From NCBI RefSeq assembly GCF_009914755.1, contig NC_060927.1: DNA of 64,000 nucleotides. The stretch is one strand, 5' to 3'. Positions 52,216 to 64,000 of this stretch are shown piece by piece. The position numbers and the translations under genes are program-made. Numbering within the stretch: the stretch's first letter is position 1; each line of letters begins with the position of its first letter. This DNA comes from the human T2T-CHM13v2.0 reference genome, Homo sapiens. The notes beneath the pieces were generated by a model. The model did not search any database. It saw only the letters and a program-made list of their open reading frames with translations, and was not told where the DNA came from.

Positions 52216-53214
52216 CTGTTGAAAAACAAATACCATTATTATATTTTGCACACTTCACACTTTGAAAAAAGACCATATTAATTATTTAATTTATAGATTT
52301 GTAATAACTCTCTGAGCTTAGTGGTGGGCATTACTTTGTCCCTTTACAGATAATACAACTGAAGGACTCAAAGCCTATAAATAAATGGCAGAACCAGAAT
52401 TCAAAGGAGAATGGACTACCTCTTGGCCTGTGTACCTTTGACAGCCTCATGGTGCCTACTGAGAAATGTGCCCTGAATCACAAATACGAGACAGGACATT
52501 TTGGAGGCTATGTGTCTGTCTCCATTTTTATCTTTTCAAACAGAAGGCTAAGATTAAATCATTCATCAAATAATGTTAATATTTCCAATTCTCCCAAAGC
52601 AAATTCTACCTGGAATTCATTCTTTAAGGAGGACAGAGAAATGTAAGTATATTTTGATTGAGACTAGATGCAGATTGCTTCTGGCCCTATGTCTGATGGG
52701 TTAATGAAAGTTGAATGAACCCTCCAAACCCACCAGTTTTTAAAATTTAAGGGTACACATTAATCATTAAATATGCTTATTTAAAGTGTGAGAGCCATAA
52801 CTTCCCACGGCTGCATCCATAGCAAAAGGCTAGTTACACAGCCTTTTTTCTGAGACCCCACCCAAGAGTGGAATATTTATGGCTGACTGCGTGTGGGACT
52901 GAACTCCCTTGAGAACAAAACTCACTGACCCTCCGTAGTATCTAAATGCTTATCCCTAATTCTCACCCCTATGCTGATACGGGTTATTTCAAAGTAATAC
53001 TTTGTCATTTTTTTCCCCAGGTGGAGACAGTCTTAATCAAGTTGTGAAATACAGCAAATTGTAAAGGGTTGTTTGGATTAAAGGGTTGTTTGGAAAAGCT
53101 GGGTCAGATTCTAGCAGAGAACCTGGCTCTTTTTCTCATGGCTGCCACCACTCCAATCCAGAACTAACTCTTCTCCATCCCTTGACCTGGAAGTCACTTG
53201 ATTTTGAATTATTT

Positions 53215-53488
53215 GTTTGTTTGTTTAATTTTGAGATGGAGTCTCGCTCTCTCAGGCTGGAGTGCAGTGGCACAATTTCAGCTCACTGCAACATTCTCCT
53301 GCCTCAGCCTCCCAAGTAGCTGGGAATACAGGCACCTGCCACGACACCCAGCTAATTTTTATATTTTTAGTAGAGACGGGGTTTTACCATGTTGGCCAGG
53401 CTGGTCTTGAACTCCTGACCTCAAGTGATCCACCCGCCTTGGCCTCCTAGAGTGCAGGGATTACAGGCATGAGCCACCATGCCTGACC
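53215..53488 (-). mobile_element. AluS element with a small internal deletion
   Basis: Antisense Alu missing ~20 nt of the right arm, flanked by GAATTATTT repeats. Confidence 0.9.
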
Positions 53489-54750
53489 CTGGAATTATTT
53501 ATTTATGCAATGGTCTTCTCCCCTAGCTTCTAAACTACTTGAGAGCAGTGACCACACCTTATTCATCTTTGTAACTCTAGTACCAAACTCACTCTGGAGC
53601 TTCGTGTTTGATAAATGAATGACTTGGGTTTTCATTTCCTAATTGCTTGTCTCTCCTCTCACATGTAGTCTTCCTGCCGTCATCTAATTAGTCTGTCTTC
53701 AGAGCCCTGCTGAGAAGCCTGCTCAGATAGCTTCATTCACTCCATGTTGCCCTTGGCATAAAGTCTAAACTTCTCTAGCTGCCTCCATCCATCCATGCCT
53801 GCCTTTATTATTCATTCTTGTTCATACTCCACAGCACATGGCCTCAGTTTTAGCCAGTCTTCTAGTGCTTGGGTAAGCCTTGCTTTTGATTTCTGTCTCT
53901 GCCACCGTACATTCATTTGCATTTCTAAAACAAAACCTCTTTCAGTCCTCTCTGCGTCTTAGGCTGTTCTTATTGGGAATATCCCTACCTCCTACCTGGC
54001 AAAATGTGGCCTATTCTTTTGAACCCAGGTCAAGTTGCATCTCATCAATGAAATGCCTCCCATGACAGCCACAGTCCACAGTGGGGCCTCCTTCTTCTAT
54101 GTTCTTCCCAGTTCTGTCTGTCTTCACACTCTTTTCAAGTATGGATAGCCTCAGGTAGCGTTCAAGTATGTCTCATCTTCACAACAAATCTATGACTCGG
54201 AGATCAGGAGCCAACCCTTCTCTTTTATTTCTCTCACAATACGGGGTCCAAGAATTAGTTCAATAGCCTTGATGAATTAGATTTTAACCCAGGGCATCCT
54301 GGATCAAATTATATCCACTGATATAAAACTTCATGTAGTCAATATCTGACAAAACATGACTGTCTTATAAGTCTATGTTTTCTTTCCCTTTATAACTACT
54401 TTATAAAGGATTTCTATGATATGGTTTATTTTTTTGAAAATTGTACTTGGAAAATTATTGTATTATTGCATTAATTTTATTGTATTGGTATAACATAGCA
54501 TAATAAAGTATCCAAACAATATTTCAGGTAGGTACAGGATAAATGTACCCAATAATATTAATAATATGAAAACCATTAGAGGCCAGTATAGGTGAAATCC
54601 AGATATCTTATTTGCCCTTCTAGTATATAGAAATAGCCTCACAGTATTTGGTGGTCAAAGAGAATACAGTAATAATTGACTTGTGAATTACAATGAATAC
54701 ATGGTCCATGTACATGAGTCATGCCAGATGTGCAAATGAATGCCACTTAC

Positions 54751-54839
54751 CTCCATTCCACGGTATATAACTTGAAAGTCAGAAAACAGAATGAAAATTG
54801 TGAGGCCCAAGGCAGCTAGCAGCAGAAATGAAAATATAT
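54751..54839 (-). CDS. ATP13A5: ATP13A5 coding exon ((Y)IFSFLLLAALGLTIFILFSDFQVIYRGME), TM helix
   Basis: tttcctcag|AT acceptor (completes Tyr) and GAG|gtaagt donor. 89 nt, frame consistent with neighbouring exons. Confidence 0.92.
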
Positions 54840-55302
54840 CTGAGGAAATACCAAACATTATTTTTAGATGTTAAAAGAATGTTTCATATAATTTGGCACA
54901 CATTGCAGAATCAATTATCTCTGTTGGGCAAATACCAGATATATCTTCAGATGTTTTGATATATCCTCATATGTTTTGAAATATGTTCTAATGCTTATAA
55001 GATGAAGGTAATATCTTAGAATCTTTCCTTGAAAGTCTGGATGTAGAGACTGTTAATCAAATGTATTAAAGTAACCTCCATAAAGCAGCTGCCCTGGTGC
55101 ACTATCACTGCGTGTCCAGTGAGTTGTGCTTGCGTGGGATAAACAGTCAGTGTTCTTGGCACCATCTCATTCTTCCCCGTTGCCTGGAGAATAAAGTTCA
55201 GGGATCCTCTATTGACATTCAAGGCCTTCCACAATCTGGTCCCAATCAGCCTTTCTAACCTGGTCTCTGACTGCTCTTCCTTATGGGCAATTGGAAAGGT
55301 AA

Positions 55303-55839
<537 letters not shown>

Positions 55840-57299
55840 TGATCTTAATTCATGTATCAACTGGACTGTGACCATTTGAAAGTGGCTTTATCTCTGGTTC
55901 TCTGGAACTCTGACTTGAAAAAGTAAATGAGAAATTAGCATGTACATCTGTTGCATTTCTTCTTTCCATCCTGCCCAAATTGTTTTAATTTTGGGAGCTA
56001 AACTTCCCGGATGCACTGTGACAGCATCTCTGTTCTTATTTCCAACCTCACCCACTCCTCTGTCAGAGCCTTTAGCAGAGCACTTTAGAGACGGTACCTT
56101 AGAAATATTATTTTTTAATAGAATTATCACCTTCAGGCCCAAACAACAGCATTTAATCAGCATTGCCATGATACAAATGATTCTGACAATCCTATAAAGT
56201 TATAAATAAGTGAACAAACTAGGTTTTCTCTTACACTCTACCTCATTTATTCAGTGTTGATCTACTCCTCCCACCCCCAACTCTCTACAGGCCTATACCA
56301 ACCAGAAATCTGAGGCAACTGCCCCTTGATAGCAGGCTCTATTTTTGAAGTGAACAGAGTTCTGTTTTCATCCTTGAGCACCTACACACACCCTCAATAT
56401 TTATTCATGCCTCACTTTATGTATATAAATAAATGCAGCACGTCTCAGAAGTGCTTGGGAAGGGTATGAGGCAGACAGAAGAAAAGTAGGAATTGCATCT
56501 CTCAGGATAAAGCAATCTAAATGGCTTGGTGATACGATTTCAGGAAATAGCTGTGTGGATTTTTCATTTACTTCATGGATTTGGAGTCCCAGGAACGCAG
56601 AAGCTGGGAAGAAGAGGACGCCTGAAAGGTCTGTTCTGATGAAGTCCTAGACCTCACTAGCAACTGGGGCTGAGTGGGGTGCACATCACTGTCTAATGGT
56701 CTAAAAACTAGGTCTCGCCTGTGCACAAGTGAGCAATGTAGAAACAAAATTATAAGGTCATCTTTTAAAATTCAGCTTTGATTGAAAAGATGTAATAAAG
56801 ATTTGAATGTTGGCTCTTCTTGGTTAGTTGCTGCTGCTGAGGAAACATGAAAGAATAGGGCTCTGTTAATGCAGGTGCTTTAGGAAAGCAAATCCTGTGT
56901 AAGCCATTACACTTTATTTTCAGGTAAGGTTAGTAATGTTCACATTTGTTTCCAGAAAAGTTAAGCCTCTACTTTTTCATAAAGTTGAGCTTCTGTCAAA
57001 GGCTGTTAAAAAGGGCAAAGAGTTTTCTGTTACATCAAAATAAAGTTGCTTGTATATTTTAATAGTAGTTCTAGAGGCTTTTGACTTATAACCTGAGAGT
57101 ATATGTTTGTTATCTTATTACATTTGTTAGCATACCTGTATGCTAAAATGTAAAACATTTTACATTTAAAATTATCAGTTATGTCTGGTATAGGGGTTTG
57201 AATTTACCCACAAGCTTTAAGTCACTGTGAGGTAACTACCTCTAATTCACTCAATTCATGTAAAAGGACTTTGCAGCTACTATTAAAATTAAAGTACTA

Positions 57300-57592
57300 G
57301 GCCAGGTGCAGTGGTTCACCCCTGTAATCCCAGCACTTTGGGAGGCCGAAGCGGGTGGATCACGAGGTCAGGAGTTCAAGACCAGCCTGGCCAAGATGGT
57401 GAAACCCCGCCTCTACTAAAAATACAAAAAAATTAGCCAGGCGTGGTGGCGGGCACCTGTAATCCCAGCTACTTGGGAGGCTGAGGCAGAGAATTGCTTG
57501 ATCCCGGGAGGTGAAGGTTGCAGTGAGCCAAGATGGTGCCACTGCACTCCAGCCTGGGTGAAAGAGCAAGACTCCATCTCAATAATAATAAT
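57300..57592 (+). mobile_element. AluS element
   Basis: Sense Alu with an (AAT)n tail. TSD AATTAAAGTACTA. Confidence 0.95.
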
Positions 57593-57763
57593 AATTAAAG
57601 TACTAGGCAACAAATATATTCTGCTTGTAAAATACATTTATAATTTTAAAAATTATTCATGTATAACAACATACATTTCCTGTGTATTAGTAATAATTCG
57701 TTAATAAATATAATGGGAAAGTCATTCACAATATAAGCAAAAATATAAAATACAAAGGATTAG

Positions 57764-58062
<299 letters not shown>

Positions 58063-59394
58063 CAATTAGTTTCTTAAATAAATGTGCAGGCAGGATTTGT
58101 AATGGAGAAAACAACGAATATTTGCTAAGAGACCTTAACAAAAAGCAAGAATAAATGGGGAGACATGACATGTTCCTAAATGGGAAGATTAAGTTATATA
58201 CCAATGTAAATTCTTCCCAAAGTATCAAAATCCCAAAGGGAAATTTTAAAAGCCTGGCAATTTATTCTAGAGTTTATCTTAAAGAATGAACAGGAAAGAA
58301 ATAAATACATTTTTTAAAATGAGGAATAATGAGGATACACTGATCTTGCCACTTATTAAATAAAACTTATTATAAAACTATAAGTTTTAAAGTATAGTGG
58401 TAAATCAAGAATAGACTGATATTTAAAAACAAAAAAGATAGTATGGAAACTATATAGACATACACATACAAACAATGCATAATATAAATGATGTACAGAC
58501 AAACACATATATGAAGATAGGATGAAGGTGGTATATTCAGTGGAAAAATAATTGAATATTAAAAACTCAATAGTCAATAAAAGCTGCTAGAAAAACCGGT
58601 TGACTAGTTGGAGCAACTTGTTTTAATCCCTACCTCAAACTATACACCAAAATTAACATTAGATTTTAAAAGCACTTTAAAACTAATTGTGATAATCTAT
58701 CCTATTTCATAATTAGAAAAAACTTCCTGTGCATAAAGACAATGGAAAAAAGATCACAAAAAATAAACAGCTCATACAAATAAATGAGAAACAGCAATCC
58801 AACAGAAAAAAAATAAGTTTAAAAATGTAAACACACAATTCACAGAAGAAGAAATTGCTAATGACATGAAAATACGTTTCTCCTCACTGGTGATCAAAGA
58901 AATGCAAACTAAAACCAAATAAGACACTGTTTTCTAAAATCTTATCAGACCAGCACAAATTTTGTTTTTTAACTAGTACTTCCTGTTGGATATAATATTA
59001 AGAAGCACACCCTCTCCAAAACAACTGATAGAAGTGAAAATCAGTACAAACTTTCTAGAAAGCAACTTTAAATTGTGTATTCCAGGCTTTGACATTTTCA
59101 CACTATTTTACCAGTTAACTGAATTTTCTTATCCTAAGGAAATAAGAGGCTAAGTCAAAGTAATTTACACAAGTATACTTTTATAGCATTATTTATCATA
59201 CTGAAGCCAATTGCTTGATAGGGTGACCATCTTTATCATGCAATATCTGGATAGGTATCATGTATCTAGTTTGCCTTGACATTCTCTATTTAAGCCTGGC
59301 ATAATTATTAATAGTGTCTCACTTCACTCCTAAAGAGTGTCCCAGTCTGATCAGTAATGATGGGGCATATTCTCTGGCTTCTTTGGCCTGCGGA

Positions 59395-59710
59395 TTATTA
59401 TTATTATTATTATTATTATTTTTTGAGACAGAGCCTTGCTCTGTTGCCCAGGCTGGAGTGTAGTGGTGTGATCCTGGCTCACTGCAGCCTCGACCTCCCA
59501 GGCTCAAGCAATCCTCTCACCTCAGCCTCCCCAAGTAGCTGAGACTATAGGCAAGAGCCACCATGCCCAGCTAATTTGTAAAAGTGTTTTTTTAGAGACA
59601 AGGTCTCACTGTGTTGCCCAGGCTAGTCTCAAACTCCTGAACTCAAGTGATCCTTCCACCTCAGCCTCCCAAAGTGCTGGGATTACAGGAGTGAGCCACC
59701 ACTCCCAGCC
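59395..59710 (-). mobile_element. AluJ-like element with a (TAT)n tail
   Basis: Diverged antisense Alu with AluJ-type diagnostics. Confidence 0.9.
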
Positions 59711-60299
59711 TTAGCTGGGAGGACCTTAATTGTAGCTTTGAAGAGTTTTTAAAAAACTCTACTTAAATTAATACACAGGGAAAGTAAGTAAGATTTTTTG
59801 AGCCCCTATTATAAGTGCCAGACCCTTTACATAAATTGTGCTAGGCCCATTCCATAAAATGCTTTGTTTAGTCCTTCCCTCAGGACTTAACAAATTAAGG
59901 ATACTCCCTCCCATTCTACCGATGAGGAAATAAGGTCATAGAATGGTTAAAGTAACTTGCCCAATGTTATAAGGCTAAAGAGGTTAATTTGCATTTGAAT
60001 TGGTTAGAAAGCCTTTAATAAAATATCTTCACATGCATGTATGTGTTTAAAATGATTCTTGATGACTCACAATAGGACAAGACTCATGTGACAGTTAAAT
60101 AATGTCTGTGCTTATCTGCAAACAAGCAGATTTTCTGCATGTGGGCTCTACCAACGATGACCACTGCATTCAACAACAATTTTAGAGTCATGCAATTGTT
60201 TCTTCCTCAGCCCATCATTTCACCAGTGAGGTACAACTCTAGGGTGAGAAAGGGAATGGGAAAATATTCAGAAAGAAAAATTAAACTTTATATACTTAC

Positions 60300-60502
60300 A
60301 GTTTGTATAGATGGGTTTTCGAAATGGCTTTCCCTTAGAAAAGATGAATGCTACTGTGATATAGTTGATGGTGGTGATGGGCCACAGTGTGGTGGTCTCA
60401 AAACTTAAAATTGAACCAGGAATCAGAGTTGCATTTCCAGTCCAGTTTCTTTCCAAACTCACATTTGTTGAAAAATTACTTTGGTTGGCCAGAAAACACT
60501 CA
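60300..60502 (-). CDS. ATP13A5: ATP13A5 coding exon (ECFLANQSNFSTNVSLERNWTGNATLIPGSILSFETTTLWPITTINYITVAFIFSKGKPFRKPIYTN)
   Basis: ttttgtag|T acceptor and AACT|gtaagt donor (phase 1). Conserved P5-ATPase motif FSKGKPFRKP..TN. Upstream exons lie beyond the window. Confidence 0.93.
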
Positions 60503-61696
60503 CTACAAAAGAATCACCAGTGTTTATGAAACATTTGATTCCATTTTTGTCCATTAGGTGAAAAAAAAAATAATTTAATCACTACCATGGGATTTTAGCT
60601 TTCAAACTATGTCAGCCAGTAACTACCAAGACATACTTTGTTCACCTCTTGCTATGACAAAGCAGAAATAAAAGGAAGTCAAGATTGTTCTTTGTCTGGC
60701 ACTCCGTTTAGAACAAGTGATCTACCTTGAAAGGGCCTGGATGACAATATTTTATGAATTCCTATCAATTCAAAGAGTAAATAGACCATGTCAATTAAAC
60801 TGTGTGTGTGTGGTTTTCTCTTTCGTGGACTAAACAAGACTCCTAACTTGAGTTTTGAGTTTGAGTCTGCCACTCCTATTTACTTCCCTCAGATAGCTAA
60901 AGGATCTTCCTGAAAATCTGAACATGACAGTCTGCTGCTTATAAGGGGTCTACGGCTCTATTTTGCTGATAAATTAAGCTCAAACTTCTCCAACTGGCCT
61001 ATGAGATCTTTGCATCCTTGTCTCAATCTACCTTTTCAGTCTTACCTTTTGCCACTCCTCCCATGCTCTATACACTCCAAACATATAGGATTATTCCCTG
61101 TTCCCCACGTATCAATTTGCATACCTGTTGGGTTGCATGTGCTATTGCCTTTAACTGCGATATAACATCCGTCCTTCAAACACCTCTGCATCTGAAATGC
61201 CTTTACTTTTGCTGGCAAGTGGTACTAGTGCCCACAAAAGTAAAGACATTTAAAAAAATGTTATCTCGGTTAAAGGCAATAACACATAGCAAGCTCATTG
61301 TTTTGCAATTCTTTATTTACATAATTTTATTTTACATCTTTGGGATGAGAGTTCCTAGAATATGGGATTTTTTTGTGGTTTTGTTTTTTGGTTTTAGTTA
61401 GATTTACAATAAATTTTTGGCACCTAGCAAAGTGAGGTCACATAATATTTACTCAAAAAATCTTTGTCCAAGATATGAGCTTTCCCAGTCCTGATTGATC
61501 TATTTCCAATGTTCTTTTTTTTCAATAATTAAACCTACAAATTAGTTTCCACCAGCTTTCTTGTTCAGCTTGAAACTTTTAAACCACTATTACAACTGTT
61601 TATAAATAAGATTCATTTTCTAACGTGAACTCAAATGCAAGACTTAATACTTATTATCCTGGGCTCCCTGTAGTCTAGAAATGCTTTTTGCACATA

Positions 61697-64000
61697 CAGG
61701 CACACTTTGCTTTATTATGTTTCACTTTATTTTGCTTCCCAGATATTGCATTTTTCTACAAATTGAATGTTTGTGGCAACCTTGCATCTAGCAAGTCTAT
61801 TGGCACCATTTTTTAATAGTATGTGCTCACTTTGTCTCTGTGTCACATTTTGGTAATTCTTGCAATGTTTTAAACTTTTCGAAATAATTACTACCTCTAT
61901 TATTGTGATCTGTGATCAGTGATCTTTGGCGTTTCTATCATAATTGTTTTGAGATGCCACGAACTGTGCTTTTATAAGAATGCAAATTTAATCGATAAAT
62001 ATTGTCTGTGTCTGACTGCTTCACTGACTGGCTGTTTCCGCATCTCTCTTCCTCTCCTGGGGCCTCCCTATTCCTTGAGAGACAATAATATCGAAATCTG
62101 TTCAATTAATAACCCCACAGTGGCCTCTAAGTGTTCAAGTGAAAGGAAGAGTCACGTGTCTCTCTCTTTAAATAAAAAACTAGAAATGGGTAAGCTTAGT
62201 GAGGAAGGCATGTCAAAATCCAAGACAGGCCAAAAGCTAGGCCTCTTGCACCAGTTAGCCAAGCTGTGAATGCAAAGTAGGAGTTCTTGAAGAAAATTAA
62301 AAGTGTTATTCCAGTGAACACATGAACAATAAGGAAGTAAAATGGTCTTATTGCTGATATGAAGAAAATTTTAGTGGTCTGGGTAGTGGATCAAACCAGT
62401 CACAACATTCCTTTAAGCCAAAGTCTAATCCAGAGCAAGGCCCTAACTCCCTTCAATTCTTTGAAGGCTGAAAGAGGTGAGGAAGCTGCAGAGGAAAAGT
62501 TTGAAACTAGCAAGAGGTTGGTTCCTAAGACTGAGAGAAAGAAGGTGTCTCCATATGTAAAAGTACAAGGTAAAACAGCAAGTCTTGATGTAGCAGCTGC
62601 AGCAAGTGGTCCAGAAGATTTAACTAAGACAATTAATGAAGGTGTCTACACTAAACAGCTCTCAGTGGAAATGAAACAGCCTCTTCTATTGGAAGAAGAT
62701 GTCTTCTAGGACTTTAATAACTAGAGATAAGTCAATAACTGGATTCAAGGCTCCAAAGGAGAGGCTGTCTCTCTTATTAGGGGCTAACGCAGCTGGTGAC
62801 TTTAAGTTGATGCCAATGCTCATTTGCTCTTCTGAAAATCCTAGGGCCTTTAAGGATTATGCTAACTCTACTTTGCCTGTGCTCTAGAAATGGAACAACA
62901 AAGCATGGATGACAGCACGTCTGTTTACAGCATGGTTTACTGAATATTTCAAGCCCACTGTTCAGACCTACTGCTCAGAAAAAAAAGATTCCTTTCAAAA
63001 TATTACTCTTTATTGACAGTGCCCCTGGTCACCCTTCAAGAGCACTGATGGAGATGTATAAGGAAATTAATGTTTTCGTGCCTGCTAATACACATCTATT
63101 CTGTAGCCCATGGATCAAAGAGTAATTTCAAATTTCAAGTCTTATTTTTTAAGAAATACACTTTTTAAGACTATAGCTGCCATAGAGAGTGATTCATTTA
63201 TTGGATCTGGGCAAAGAAAATTGAAAACCTTCTGGAAAGAATTCACCATTCTAGATGTCATTAATAACATTCATGATTCATGGGAGAAGGTAAAAACATC
63301 AACATTAATGGAAGTTTGGAAGAAGTTGATTCAACCTTCTTGAATGACTTTTTGGGGTTCAAGACTTAGGTGGAGGATGTAACTGTAGATATGGTGGAAA
63401 TAGCAAGAGAACTGGAATTAGAAGTGGAGCCTGAAGATGTGACTGAATTGCTGCAATCTCATGATAAAATTTGAATGGATGAAGAGTTGCTTCATATGGA
63501 TGAGCACAGAAAGTGGTTTCTTGAGATGGAATCTGCTCCTGGTGAAGATGTTGTAAGCATTGTTGAAATGAAAACAAAGTATTTAGAATATTATATAAAC
63601 TTACTTGACAAAGCATCAGCAGGGTTTGCGAGAATTCACTTCAAATTTGAAAGTACTGAGATGGGATAAAATGCTATTAAACAGCCTCACTTGCTACAGA
63701 GAAATATCTCATGAAAGGAAGAGTCAATCAGTGAGGCAAACTTCATCGTTGTTTATTTTAAGAAATTGTCACAGCTATACCCCAACCTTCAACAACCACT
63801 ACCTTGATCAGTCAGCAGCCGCTCAGCTTGAGGTAAAGGCTCTCTACCAGCAAAAAGATTATGACTTGCTGAAGGCTCAGATGATCATTAGAATTTTTTA
63901 GCAATAAATTATTTTGAAATTAAGGCATGTACTTTTTTAGACATAATGCTATTGCACACTTGATAGACTACAGTATAGTGTAAACATAACTTTTATATGG
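61697..64000 (+). mobile_element. Near-full-length Tigger1 (TcMar/pogo) DNA transposon with a disrupted transposase; 3' end runs off the window
   Basis: TA|CAGGCA... left end. ORF fragments match Tigger1/CENP-B-like transposase (ASKCSSERKSH...KLEMGKLSEEGMSK; [13 protein letters not shown]; [13 protein letters not shown]). Start codon is GTG at 62120, with multiple stops and frameshifts. Confidence 0.92.

Overview
Human-like (primate) genomic DNA, repeat-rich. From the translated exons I recognise it as the PLAAT1/ATP13A5 locus (3q29 by recollection). The + strand carries the complete PLAAT1 (HRASLS) gene: a CpG-island promoter and exon 1 (~16.3-16.9 kb), then exons at 31036-31174, 38355-38620 and 45989-~46240. 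These splice in frame to a 168-aa NlpC/P60-type phospholipase A/acyltransferase (H30/N42/C119), or to a 273-aa form when the exon-1 ATG at 16604 is used. The - strand carries the last four coding exons and 3' UTR of the P5B-ATPase ATP13A5, convergent with PLAAT1. The rest is mostly transposon-derived: solo ERV1/ERVL/MaLR LTRs, nested L1s, Alus, MIR/L2, MER DNA elements and a near-complete Tigger1. The most notable unexplained items are: (1) a ~180-nt hairpin-rich, poly(A)-tailed insert at 9586-9775; (2) a promoter array of three 26-bp repeats separated by G-quadruplex-like and Z-DNA-like spacers; (3) a strong-Kozak overlapping uORF across the PLAAT1 start codon; (4) a candidate mini-exon at 30108-30123 that could give a catalytically dead PLAAT1; and (5) five N-glycosylation sequons in 20 residues of ATP13A5. 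Repeat subfamily names come from recalled consensus sequences, not a database search. No prokaryotic or CRISPR system is present.
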